IMG/VR virus record: IMGVR_UViG_3300032893_000763
Coordinates: 1 to 64,000 of that record
Length of the DNA: 64,000 nucleotides
Reading direction: 5' to 3' (one strand)
DNA from: a virus
The notes below the pieces were generated by a model. That model saw only the letters and a program-made list of their open reading frames with translations, was not told the DNA's origin and made no database searches. Made by a program: the position numbers and the translations under genes. This document shows, one piece after another, positions 40,505-50,707 of the stretch. Position 1 is the stretch's first letter; each line of letters begins with the position of its first letter.

Positions 40505-42383
40505 CTAGACGAGAGCCTCCCGGTACTTCTCTGAGTACAGCGTGGGGTGCTCGATGGCATCGAGCGCCTTCTCGCGCGGGACATCGAACTCGTCCAGCAC
40601 GACCTTGCCGTCACCTGCGATGACCGCGAGGCGAACGGTAGCAGTCGAGGACGCCACGATGTCGATGTGGAAACCGACACCGCGCGGGCTCACGAAGATT
40701 CTGTCTTCGGCGTTCAACTCCTTCCTCATGCACTCCTCCTCCTCTCGGCTGCGAGGCGAGCCTCGTAGCGGGCCACCATGTCACGGTAGTCGTCCTCGCA
40801 GATGGTGCCGATGTGGCGAGTGAGGAGATCCTTGGCCTGCTCCAGCGAGCAGGTGAGAAGCGCGATCCGGTTGCGGGTGCGATCCGTCATGACTGCCACC
40901 GCCGCGATGATCGTGCTCGGGCGCATCGGGTGGATGCGGCCATCGTGAAGCTCGACATCCCACAGCGTGCCGACGGCGCGGGGGCCGATGACGGTGCAGG
41001 TGCCGTAGGAGTTCTGGAACGTCATGCCGGGATACACGCGGCTCGCGTTCGGGTCTTGGACATAATGTGAAGTGGTCATGGCCTCATCATCGTCTACGCC
41101 GAGGAGAACGTCCACCCCTCGTTCGAGTGAACTGGCGCAGACGCAGGGGCTCCGCTACACTCCTGCGCATGAGACTCGTCCGCTACTTCCAGAACCGCCG
41201 GGCCGTGAAGCGGCAGCTTCGGCTCCTCGCCCGGACGCTCGAAGTCGCCCTCGCGCGGCCCTCCGATCCGAGGGGCTCGTGATGGCCGTCTTCTCCGTGA
41301 AGGATCTCAAGGTCGTCAGCATCTTCCAGGTCGGCCAGAAGAAGGGCGGCAAGAAGAAGTGAGCATCTCCGTCTCCGAGCGCAGCGAGCCGAAGCCGCCG
41401 TCGAGCGTGCGTGACGGTGCCGAGGCGCGGAAGAAGCGGCAGCGCGAGGCAGCCGACGTGCTGCGCGAGCGCAAGGACAACCCGGTCGAGCGCCGCGTGC
41501 GTGTGGCGCAGTCGCGCATCACCTTCTCCAAGGTGAGCCCGGCGACACTGCGCGAGTGCACCGAGTGCGGGCGTGAGAACTGGCGGTGGCTCACCGAGTG
41601 CCCCGGCTGCGGCACGCCCGTAGATGTCTGACGACACGCAGGTGTGGGACGGCGTTCCCCGTCTCTACCTCTCGCGGGATCAACTGTTCTGGCTCTACTC
41701 GTTCGTCCCGCAGTGGCGCGGTCGTGCAGTCGGCCCGCTCGTCCCGTTCGCACACGGAGAGCGTGTGCACTTCTCCGTCGAGGCGATCTTCCGGCCGACC
41801 AAGGAGGAGGCCGAGGAGGCGATGTGGTACCACGTCGAGAACGCTTGCAAGCACGAAGGCATGGCGTACGATCAGGAGCAGTGGACGCTCTATGATCTCC
41901 GTCTTGTCGGAGGGTGCTAGACTTGTACTGTTCCCCCGGCGGAGCGGAGCGCGACAACGGCAGATGCCATACGGCCCGCCCGCCGGGGGACTCTACGGAG
42001 GAGGAGGAGACTTGATCGAGGAGCCGAGCATCGTTCTGCACGACACGGCCAAGCTGCTCATGCGTGGCCGCTGCGTCGAGGCCGACGCCCGCGACTCGCA
42101 GGGCCGTCCCGTCTTCCCGACCGAGAAGTCCGCAGTCGCATGGAGCGTGACCGGGGCGCTGCTCAAGGCGGCACGCGAGGCGACCGGCCGCTGCTTCCTC
42201 GACGCCCTGCGCGGGCTCGCGCTCGCGGTCGGAGCCGAGGTCGCATCTCCGCGTGACTGGCCGGAGTCCGAGACGCCCGTGATCGCGCGGCGTCTGTGCG
42301 AGCAGGTGTGGGAGTTCGAGGACGGCGCGAGTAACGCAGCGGTCTTCGAGATGATCGAGCGTGCGCTCGAACACGTGAACTGA
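40505..42383. other. Small hypothetical genes (40505-40729 -, 40726-41079 -, Zn-ribbon 41359-41631 +, 41624-41920 +, ~42012-42383 +)
   Basis: Codon bias and coupling. Confidence 0.55.
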
Positions 42384-42386
42384 GAA

Positions 42387-42439
42387 TCACCCTTCCGGGG
42401 GATGGCCCCCTCTGCGCCAAGGCCGATACTTGGGGCATG
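42387..42439 (+). promoter_or_regulatory. Tripartite leaderless promoter, copy 7
   Basis: TCACCC-TTCC-GGGGGA, 19 nt, GCCGATACT, ATG at 42437. Confidence 0.85.
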
Positions 42440-42793
42440 AAGACTTCCCCCGATACGAAGGAGAGCGCAGTGCTCACCATCACGCATCCGGTGGATCTCC
42501 GCGAGATCCAGAAGTGCATGACCGAGTTCATCGGCTACGGCGGAATCCGCGTCGTGACGCAGCACGTCTCGTTCGGCAAGGTTGCGACCGAGGATGTGCT
42601 CTCGGGCAAGGCGACCGCCATCGAGGTCACCGCGACCTCCGACGGGCGCGGCTACATCGCTGCCTGGCACAACGAGGCCACCGACGGCCCGTTCTCGGAC
42701 GAGTCCGTGTACGTCGAGCGGTACTCGGCTCGGGGCCGCGAGTTCCACGGCTTCATCGACTCCGTGAGCCGGAAGATCGTGCAGACGGGCTAG
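42437..42793 (+). CDS. Hypothetical protein
   Basis: Promoter-defined start and codon bias. Confidence 0.7.
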   Translation: MKTSPDTKESAVLTITHPVDLREIQKCMTEFIGYGGIRVVTQHVSFGKVATEDVLSGKATAIEVTATSDGRGYIAAWHNEATDGPFSDESVYVERYSARGREFHGFIDSVSRKIVQTG

Positions 42794-42819
42794 TGCAAGT
42801 CTGGATGAACGGAGTAGCG

Positions 42820-43395
42820 ATGCAGGTCAAGGATGCAGACGTGCGGATCAAGGAGACGTACAGCATCGCGGACGCGGCGGAGGTCATGGGCCTCCGCCTT
42901 CCCGTGCGGGTCGAGCTACACACCGAACTTCCCGGCGGCTCGAAGGCCGGGTACATCGGGGTCGTCGGAGGCACACACCGCATCCGTATTCGCGTCGGCA
43001 AGCAGAAGCTCCCGAAGGTCGGTACGTGGGTCGCCCTCGGCGGTACCGGCTCCGAGTCCCTCTGGCACGAGCTTACGCACGCCTGGCAGTGCGAGCGCGA
43101 CTTCGGCGGCTCCTCCAAGGCAGCGTTCGAGTTCTACGCCGAGGACATCAAGAAGCGGCTCAAGGAAGTCGGCGTCGAGCTTCGGCCCGAGGACTTCGGA
43201 CATCTCGGCATGAGGATCACCGAGGAGCGCGAAGTGAGCAAGCGGATGTTCGGGCGTAGCATCTCCCCGACGTGGGATGCGTACGAGGCAAGCCCGTGGG
43301 AGGTCGAGGCCCGCTCGATGGCCGCGAGTCTCGGGAGCATCACGCTCAAGTTCCCGGTCAGCGCCAAGACCCGCCGGGACGCGAACATCACGTAG
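42820..43395 (+). CDS. HExxH zincin-like metallopeptidase
   Basis: LWHELTHAWQ...Y..SPWEVEAR. Confidence 0.65.
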   Translation: MQVKDADVRIKETYSIADAAEVMGLRLPVRVELHTELPGGSKAGYIGVVGGTHRIRIRVGKQKLPKVGTWVALGGTGSESLWHELTHAWQCERDFGGSSKAAFEFYAEDIKKRLKEVGVELRPEDFGHLGMRITEEREVSKRMFGRSISPTWDAYEASPWEVEARSMAASLGSITLKFPVSAKTRRDANIT

Positions 43396-43396
43396 A

Positions 43397-43448
43397 TCCC
43401 CCGGAAGGGGGATGCCCCGAGACGAGCCTGGCCGATACTTAGGACATG
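43397..43448 (+). promoter_or_regulatory. Tripartite leaderless promoter, copy 8
   Basis: TCCCCC-GGAA-GGGGGA, 18 nt, GCCGATACT, ATG at 43446. Confidence 0.8.
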
Positions 43449-44303
43449 ACCACGAAGCCCAACGCATACGAGTCCGAGATCGACACGCAGCTTGCCGACC
43501 TCTACGGGCAGGCGCAGAAGGCCGCGAGCTACATCCGCTCGTCGGCCAGTTCGCTCGCGTCGGCGCTCGGCTACAAGCGGGGCGACAAGATCCCGTTGAC
43601 CTCCGAGCTTCTCATCGAGGCCGAAGCCAACGACCACCCGAACGTGCGCACCACCGTTCGCAGCATCGAGCGCCTCAGCGCCGAACTCGCTGCGATCCGC
43701 GAGCAGGAGAAGCCGCTTGAGGCCAAGTACAACGAGCGGCGCTGGAGCCGGTTCTTCCTCTGCACCGCGCACGGCGGGCACATCCACTCCACGATGTCGT
43801 GCTCGACCACGTACGCGAGCACCGAGTTCTCCTGGCTCCCCGAGTTGTCCGGCCTCACCGAGGCCGAGGCAGTCGAGGAGTACGGCGCGATCCTCTGCAC
43901 CGTCTGCTACCCCACGGCTCCGGTCGAGTGGACGGCGGGCGTGAACAAGAAGGTCGCAGCCGAGAAGGCCGCACGCGACGAGGCCAAGGCAGCCCGCGCA
44001 GCCGAGAAAGCCGCGAAGGCGATCACCGCCCCGGACGGATCGCGGCTCGTCATCGACGGGTGGAATCACATCGCCACCCTCGTCACCGCACAGCGCGAAC
44101 TCGTCAACGCCCTCACCGAGGTCAAGGTGTGGGACACGATGTACGCCGACCACGCCAACTACCAGGACGTGCGCGGCAAGTACAGCGCCAACGCCATGCT
44201 CCTCGCGGAGGCCATCGCAGCGAAGACCGGCACGCCGGTCGAGCAGGTCACCGCCGAGGCGCAGGCGAAGGCGGACAAGAAGTTCAAGAAGGACTACTCG
44301 TAA
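43446..44303 (+). CDS. Hypothetical protein with putative Zn site
   Basis: HIHSTMSC...CTVCYPTAP. Confidence 0.75.
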   Translation: MTTKPNAYESEIDTQLADLYGQAQKAASYIRSSASSLASALGYKRGDKIPLTSELLIEAEANDHPNVRTTVRSIERLSAELAAIREQEKPLEAKYNERRWSRFFLCTAHGGHIHSTMSCSTTYASTEFSWLPELSGLTEAEAVEEYGAILCTVCYPTAPVEWTAGVNKKVAAEKAARDEAKAARAAEKAAKAITAPDGSRLVIDGWNHIATLVTAQRELVNALTEVKVWDTMYADHANYQDVRGKYSANAMLLAEAIAAKTGTPVEQVTAEAQAKADKKFKKDYS

Positions 44304-44313
44304 AGGAGGCAGC

Positions 44314-45846
44314 ATGAAGATCGGAGACGTTGAGATCGGCAAGGAGTACGGGGCGCTCGACGCTCCGCGCTCGGGGCGCTACGGACGCACGATCCCGCGC
44401 CAGGTCAAGGCGCTGGAGATCGTCACCGTGGAGGAGACGCGGTACCACGGGTACACGAGCGGCAGCACCAAGGTGAACAAGCGCAGGGTCAAGGTCGAGT
44501 TCCTCGACGGCACCGAGGAGGAGTTGCGCGGGTACCGCTACGACGCCATCAAGAAGGCCGCTCGTGGTGCCACACTCGTGATCGAGGCCCGGCAGCTTGT
44601 CGCTCCGTGGTCGGAGCTTCGCGGCGACATCCTCGCTCGGCAGCGCGAGGAGGAGAAGCGCATCGCCATCGAGGAGGCGCTCTCGGCTCGGCTCAAGGCG
44701 CTCGGCTTCAAGATCGAGTGGGGTGTGTGCTCCATCCGGGTGCGGGGTCAGCGCATGGAGGTCGAGTTCTCGGACAAGGCCGTCGAGAAGATCCTCACCC
44801 TGGCCGAGGCCGGGAAGGAGGCGCTCGGTGGCTAAGGGCAACCCCGATTCGGTCGAGCAGTGGGCTCCGATGTTCCTCCGCTACTACAAGGAGGAGCAGA
44901 TTCTCAACCCTACGTTCGCCATCACCTTCGACCACTGCAAGCTGTGCGACGACGGCCCGATCCACAACACCGTCGAGCACCTGCGGGAGCACAAGAAGGA
45001 ACTCCGCTCGTACCAGGCGCGGCGTGCCTCCGAGGCCCGCAAGAAGTCTCTCGCCGGGCTCGCCGCTGCCCGGAAGGAGAAGCAGATGGCGAAGTCGGCC
45101 ACCGACGCGGCGGACGTGATCGCCAACCTCGACAACTACCCGAAGGAGGACGAAGATGCGTAAGACTCACAAGGACGTGCGCGACATCTCGCAGGGCGGG
45201 ACGGGCGTACCCGTGCCGACCTACCTCCTCACCTTCAAGGGCGAGACGCTCCGCGTCGTCACCCGGATGATCGAGGCGCTGGAGTGGTTGCGCCACCCCT
45301 ACCGGCAGTCGCCTCAGTACGCCTGCTACGTGCTCATCGACGGCGAGCAGCGCGAGGTCTGCCGAAACCGCTAACCTGCGAGGACAAGGAGAAGCCCATG
45401 CCGAGATACAACATCGAGATCGAGGCCGTCATCGACGCCGACAACGAGCAGCACGCGGACGCTCTCGCCACCCTCATCACGGGGATGGCCGAGGCCAAGT
45501 ACGGCCCGTTCGCAGGCCCCCCGGCAGGCATCAACGCCGTCGTGGCCCGCTGCGATGTCGCCGTCGTCATCGAGAAGACACCCACGGAGGCGCTGTGAGC
45601 GAGCACGAAGTGGAGGCGGGTCACGTGCCCGACCTCCTTCCGGCGGTCGTCCACCACTACTTCCCCGTCAAGGGCGGGGTCGAGGCGAACGGGGATGGCA
45701 CCGTCACGTTCCACTTCTTCACGAAGCACCTGGAGATCGTGGACATCACGATCCCCGGCGAAGCTGCGGCGGCGCTGCGCGAGGAGATCCCGGCGTCAAG
45801 CGGGATTCTGACACCGCCCGCACCCCGCATCATCGTCCCGAGCTAA
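44314..45846 (+). other. Five small hypothetical genes (44314-44835, 44828-45163, 45156-45374, ~45398-45598, 45595-45846)
   Basis: RBS and coupling. Confidence 0.65.
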
Positions 45847-45938
45847 CGCTTCCCGCGCCGAGGGGCTATACTCCCCTCGGCGTCAGCGTGCCCGCGTTTT
45901 GATGGATTTCGCGCGACGGCGATAGAGTCTCGGGTGAA

Positions 45939-46805
45939 ATGGAGCAGACGAAGCTCGACTCCCTCCTCATCTCCGAGGTCAGTGGCGTGGACGATCCCGC
46001 GAACCAACTGCCCGGATGGATGGTCACCAAGGCGGCAGGCGGAAACGCTGCCGACCTTCTGCTCGTTCTTGCGAACGAGATGGAGGCGCTCACGAAGGCG
46101 AGCACCACCAAGGAGCCGTACGGCAACGTGGAGTACGCCGACCCCGGCTATCAGAAGGACGGCAAGAAGCGGTACCCGCTCGACACCGAGGAGCACATCC
46201 GTGCGGCTTGGTCGTACATCAACGCCGAGGACAACGCCGCTCTCTACACCGCTGAGCAGCTTGCCGAGGTCAAGGGCAAGATCAAGGCCGCGATGAAGAA
46301 GATCGGTGCGGAGGTCGAGGAGGACACGTCGAAGGCTGCGTCGGACTCCGAATCCATAGTGGCGCGGATCAAGGGGATTCTCTCCTTGGGCTCGCCCATC
46401 GAGAAGGGAATCGAGATGGAGAAGGACGAACTTCTCGCGGTTCTCGCGGATCGTGACGAGGCGCTTGCCAAGTCGATCAGCGAGGCCGTCGCAGAGGCCG
46501 TCTCCAAGTCGGTTGCCCCCGCCGAGGGCGAGGGCACCGGAGAGGAGACTCCTGCGGCAGAGGCGGCTCCGGCCGTCGATGTCGAGGGCGTGACCAAGGC
46601 TGCGGTCGAGGCCGCAGTTGCCGAGGTCGAGTCCAAGTACAACGAGATCCTGGAGAAGGCTCTCGACCGCATCGAGACGCTGGAGCAGCGCCTCGGCGTG
46701 GCGGCACGCAAGTCGCTCGACGGACAGGAGTCCGGCGAGGGCGAGCCCGTCACCAAGTCCACCCCCGACCTCGGTGATGCCATCGCTGCCGCGTTCACGC
46801 GGTAG
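45939..46805 (+). CDS. Capsid scaffolding protein with N-terminal protease-like strand and DUF6582-like domain
   Basis: LLISEVSGVDDPAN; YADPGYQKDGKKRYPLDTEEHIRAAWSYIN; acidic helical C-terminus; directly upstream of the capsid gene. Confidence 0.75.
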   Translation: MEQTKLDSLLISEVSGVDDPANQLPGWMVTKAAGGNAADLLLVLANEMEALTKASTTKEPYGNVEYADPGYQKDGKKRYPLDTEEHIRAAWSYINAEDNAALYTAEQLAEVKGKIKAAMKKIGAEVEEDTSKAASDSESIVARIKGILSLGSPIEKGIEMEKDELLAVLADRDEALAKSISEAVAEAVSKSVAPAEGEGTGEETPAAEAAPAVDVEGVTKAAVEAAVAEVESKYNEILEKALDRIETLEQRLGVAARKSLDGQESGEGEPVTKSTPDLGDAIAAAFTR

Positions 46806-46852
46806 TAGGGCGGAACAGAGAGTCACGAGAGAGAAAGGCAAGGCGAAGCAAC

Positions 46853-47866
46853 ATGCTTAGCACAGAGGAACTGCTCCGCAAGGCCGTCCTCTCCGCGACC
46901 GATGGCACCGCTGGCGCTCCGGCGAACAGCAACGGTGACTTCGGGGGTAGCGGCGAGGCGGCTCTCAGCATCGAGCAGGTCACGCAGTTCATCGAACTGA
47001 TGGCTGCGCAGCAGGTCATGCTCTCCGAGGCGCAGACGAAGACGAGTTCCGCTGCAAAGTGGAACGAGTCGATCCTCGACATGAACGGCCGCATCATGAA
47101 GCCGGGCATCGAGGCCACTCGTCTCACGGAGGGTCAGCGGCGCAAGCCGAACACGGGCATCGTGGAGATCAGCACCGTCCTCGGACGTGCGGAGATCCCG
47201 GTGTCCGACGAGACGCTGGAGGACAACGTGGCGGGCGCGAGCATCGTCGCGTCGATCCAGCGCCTCATCGCGGATCAGGCGGGCTTCGACATCGAGGATC
47301 TGTTCGTCAACGGCGACACCCTCTCTGCCGATCCCTGGCTGGCCCTCGCGGACGGCTGGCTCAAGCAGGCCGTGGTTGGCAAGGTCGGCGCAGGTCGCGC
47401 GACCCCCAACACGTTCTCGGCCGCTTCCTTCGGCAAGGACTACCAGGCCATCTTCAAGAAGATGCTCCAGTCCATGCCGAAGCGGTACCTCCGCAACCTC
47501 AAGGTGAACGGGCGCTTCTACGTGCCGGTGACCCTGGAGCAGGCGTGGCGGGACATCCTGGCGAGCCGTGTCGGCCCGCTCGGTGACCTCTCGCTCACGC
47601 AGTCGCAGGATCTCACGTACCAGGGTGTCAAGGTCGTCCCGGCCCCGTCGTTCGACGCGGGCATCGCGGAGGACGACACCTGCACGATCCTGCTCTCGGC
47701 CAACTCGAACCTCTACGCCGGTTACCACCGCGCCATGAAGTTCGAGACGTTCCGCGATCCCCGCGAGGGGGCCACGTCGTTCATCATCACGTGCCGTGTC
47801 GATCCGCAGGTCGCGGTCATCGACGCCACCGTGACGGCGACCGCCGTGGACGTGAGCATCGACTAG
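46853..47866 (+). CDS. Major capsid protein (HK97 fold, XkdG-like)
   Basis: Size, position and motifs LS.EQ..QFI, IPVSDETLEDN, DIEDLFVNGD. Confidence 0.85.
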   Translation: MLSTEELLRKAVLSATDGTAGAPANSNGDFGGSGEAALSIEQVTQFIELMAAQQVMLSEAQTKTSSAAKWNESILDMNGRIMKPGIEATRLTEGQRRKPNTGIVEISTVLGRAEIPVSDETLEDNVAGASIVASIQRLIADQAGFDIEDLFVNGDTLSADPWLALADGWLKQAVVGKVGAGRATPNTFSAASFGKDYQAIFKKMLQSMPKRYLRNLKVNGRFYVPVTLEQAWRDILASRVGPLGDLSLTQSQDLTYQGVKVVPAPSFDAGIAEDDTCTILLSANSNLYAGYHRAMKFETFRDPREGATSFIITCRVDPQVAVIDATVTATAVDVSID

Positions 47867-47883
47867 GAACGGAGGAGACGGCG

Positions 47884-48129
47884 ATGGCACACAACGTGAC
47901 ACGCACGTATCAGGTGGCGGCGCAGCCGTGGGTGGTCTGGACGACGAACAATGACCTCCACGCCTTCCTCGCTTCCCTGAACGGTGCCGGAGCCTCCGAT
48001 CTCGGTTCGGTCGAGGAGACGCTCGCGCTTTGGGCAGTGCAGGTACCGGATTCGACGGAGACGGATGCAGGCACCGCCTACATCGTCTCGTCGGAGACGT
48101 ACAAGCGTGTCCAGGCGGGTCGCTACTAG
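47884..48129 (+). CDS. Small probable virion protein
   Basis: GGAGGAG RBS, lies between capsid gene and terminator. Confidence 0.6.
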   Translation: MAHNVTRTYQVAAQPWVVWTTNNDLHAFLASLNGAGASDLGSVEETLALWAVQVPDSTETDAGTAYIVSSETYKRVQAGRY

Positions 48130-48157
48130 GCCACCCGGTCACCACGTGCAACGTCTG

Positions 48158-48183
48158 GAGAGGCCCCCGCAAGGGGGCCTCTC
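48158..48183 (+). terminator. Terminator after the capsid operon
   Basis: GAGAGGCCCCC-GCAA-GGGGGCCTCTC. Confidence 0.75.
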
Positions 48184-48207
48184 TCGTTCTTGTGCTATCT
48201 TCCTCGA

Positions 48208-48282
48208 AGCGGGATGGAGCAGCCCGGAGTGCTCGCCGGTTTCATACGCCGGAGGTCGTGGGTTCAAGTCCCACTCCCGCCA
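48208..48282 (+). tRNA. tRNA-Met(CAT), initiator-like
   Basis: Cloverleaf with 1:72 A-C mismatch, GAGC/GCTC D stem, CCGGT-TTCATAC-GCCGG anticodon arm, TTCAAGT T loop. Confidence 0.85.
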
Positions 48283-48402
48283 TCAAGGACAATGGATGAC
48301 CAGGCTCACACGCAGACAGATGAAGTGCCCGGAGTGTCAGAAGCCGGTGCTAGTGCTGGCCCCGGCGGAGACGCCGCTGCCGGAGCTTCTCTTGTCCGCG
48401 AC

Positions 48403-49683
48403 ATGCTCGCCGGGGCATCACGCAGCCCCGAAGACGGAGCACAAGCGCAACCCGTTGAAGGCGAGCAAGAAGAAGTAGAGGATGTCCTGTGGCACTCCAA
48501 CGCTCCGTGGGTTGGAACCGGCTACGGGATGCAGACTGCCTTGTTCGCTCCGCGCATCCAGCGCGACCTCGGGCATAAGGTAGGCTTCTCGGCGTTCTTC
48601 GGGCTCCGGGGCAAGACGCTCGGGTGGGTCGATCCCTCGACCAACCTCCCGTTCCAGGTCTACCCCGCCGGGCGCGACAACCACGGCAACGACGTGCTCG
48701 TGGCGCACTACCGGCACTTCACGCAGGGCCGTCCGGGCTTCTGCGTCTTCCTCTCCGACCCGTGGGTGCTTCGCGCGGAGATCGCTGCGCAGCTTCCCAT
48801 GCTCGCGTGGTGCCCGGTCGATCACGACCCCGTGATCCCGCAGACGGTCGAGTGGTTCGCTCGCGGTGGTGCGCTGCCTGTGGCGATGTCGCGCTTCGGC
48901 CAGGAGCAGATGCAGGCCGCAGGGCTCAAGCAGGTGCAGTACGTCCCGCACGGCTTCGACCCCAACGTCTTCAAGCCCGCCGACCGCAAGGAGACTCGCA
49001 AGGTGCTGAGCCTCCCGCGCGATGCGTTCCTCGTCGGCATGGTCGCGGCCAACCTCGGGCAGCCGAGCCGCAAGGCGTTCTCGCAGGCGCTCATGGCGTA
49101 CTCGATCTTCCACAAGCGCCACCCCGACTCGGCGCTCTACCTGCACACGATGATGGAGCACCCCATCGGGGAAGACCTCCCGGCCATGTGCGATGCGCTC
49201 GACATCCGCCCCTACGCGGCCGATCCGTACGGCTTCGTGATCGGTGCTCCGGCCGCTCTCGTGAACGCCGTCCACAACTCGCTGGATGTGCTTCTCGCTC
49301 CGTCGTGCGGTGAAGGTTTCGGCGTCCCCCTGCTCGAAGCCCAGGCGTGCGGCACGCCGGTCATCACCACCAACTTCTCCGCGAGCCCCGAGGTCGCCCC
49401 CGCGAGCGTCGGGAACTGGAACGTCGAGGGCCAGTTGCAGTGGACGAACTTCAAGTCGTGGCAGATGACCCCGAACATCGAGGCCATCGTCGCGGCGCTG
49501 GAGGAGGCGTACGCCGAGTCGGCCGAGGAGCGGCAGGCGCGGCGTGTGTCCGTCTATCAGCACGCACAGGGCTATCGCGCCGACGACATCGTGCAGACGT
49601 ACTGGAAGCCGACCTTCGAGGCGGCTCGCGCGGAGTTCGCGTGGCGCAAGAAGCGGATGCGCCGGTTCGTGCCGAATGGCTAA
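48403..49683 (+). CDS. GT4-like (GT-B) glycosyltransferase; start uncertain
   Basis: LWHSNAPW..TGYG...VPHGFD...EGFGVPLLEAQACGTPVI. Confidence 0.85.
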   Translation: MLAGASRSPEDGAQAQPVEGEQEEVEDVLWHSNAPWVGTGYGMQTALFAPRIQRDLGHKVGFSAFFGLRGKTLGWVDPSTNLPFQVYPAGRDNHGNDVLVAHYRHFTQGRPGFCVFLSDPWVLRAEIAAQLPMLAWCPVDHDPVIPQTVEWFARGGALPVAMSRFGQEQMQAAGLKQVQYVPHGFDPNVFKPADRKETRKVLSLPRDAFLVGMVAANLGQPSRKAFSQALMAYSIFHKRHPDSALYLHTMMEHPIGEDLPAMCDALDIRPYAADPYGFVIGAPAALVNAVHNSLDVLLAPSCGEGFGVPLLEAQACGTPVITTNFSASPEVAPASVGNWNVEGQLQWTNFKSWQMTPNIEAIVAALEEAYAESAEERQARRVSVYQHAQGYRADDIVQTYWKPTFEAARAEFAWRKKRMRRFVPNG

Positions 49684-50707
49684 GCGTGTCCTCCTCTGCC
49701 TCTCGCACTCCATCGAGGAGTTCGATCAGCTTCGGCTCCTGACGTGGAAGGGCTACGAGGTCGCATCCATCGGCGGCTACATCGACCCCGCCCACCCGCA
49801 CGACGACAAGCGCCCGGCCCTGGCGACCGTGCCGTGCGTCCCCGAGGTCAAGGAGGCCGTGGATGCGCTCGGCACCGACGACAACCTCGGGGCGGCGCAG
49901 GAGTGCATCCCCGAGGGCGTGCTGGAGTGGCTCGGCTCCGACGGCATCATCATCTACCACCACTACCTCCGTCGGCTGTTCGGGCAGTGGGATCACCTGC
50001 GCGACTGGCGCTCCGCCGGAGGCCGCGTCGTGTGGCGCACCGTCGGCCAGTCCACCGAGGCGAATGAGCGCGAGGCGGCACAGTACCGCGCCGACGGCCT
50101 GGAGGTCGTGCGCTACTCCCCGAAGGAGCGCAACATCCCCGGATTCGCGGGCGAGGACGCCCTCATCCGCTTCTACAAGGACGCCGCAGAGTGGCACGGC
50201 TGGACGGGCGAGGACGCCGTGGTCATCAACATCACGCAGCACTTGCTCCGACGCGGAGCCTTCTGCGGCTACGACTTCTGGAGCGAGGCGACCGCCGGAC
50301 TTCCCGCTACGCCGCTCGGCCCCGGCTCCGAGGAGATCGGCGGGCCTGGCGCGATGCCGCTCGACACGATGAAGCTGTGGCTCCAGCGGGCGCGGGCGTA
50401 CCTCTACACAGGCACGCAGCCCGCGAGCTACACGCTCGGGTTCATCGAGGCCATGCTCACCGGCACGCCGGTCGTCAGCATCGGCCCCTCGCACATGCGC
50501 AACTTCCCGTACGGGCCGCTCCTGTTCGAGGGCCATGAGCTTGCCGAGGTCTGGAGCGACGATCCGGCCAAGGCCCGTGACATGCTCGCGGCGCTGCTCG
50601 CGGACGCCGACCTCGCTCGCCAGGTGTCCGAGCACCAACAGGCGAAGGCTCGCAGTCTGTTCAGCGCCGAGGCCGTGGGCGAGGCTTGGGCCTCGTTCCT
50701 CGGATGA
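49676..50707 (+). CDS. GT-B glycosyltransferase-like protein
   Basis: SYTLGFIEAMLTGTPVVS donor-binding motif. Confidence 0.7.
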   Translation: MAKRVLLCLSHSIEEFDQLRLLTWKGYEVASIGGYIDPAHPHDDKRPALATVPCVPEVKEAVDALGTDDNLGAAQECIPEGVLEWLGSDGIIIYHHYLRRLFGQWDHLRDWRSAGGRVVWRTVGQSTEANEREAAQYRADGLEVVRYSPKERNIPGFAGEDALIRFYKDAAEWHGWTGEDAVVINITQHLLRRGAFCGYDFWSEATAGLPATPLGPGSEEIGGPGAMPLDTMKLWLQRARAYLYTGTQPASYTLGFIEAMLTGTPVVSIGPSHMRNFPYGPLLFEGHELAEVWSDDPAKARDMLAALLADADLARQVSEHQQAKARSLFSAEAVGEAWASFLG

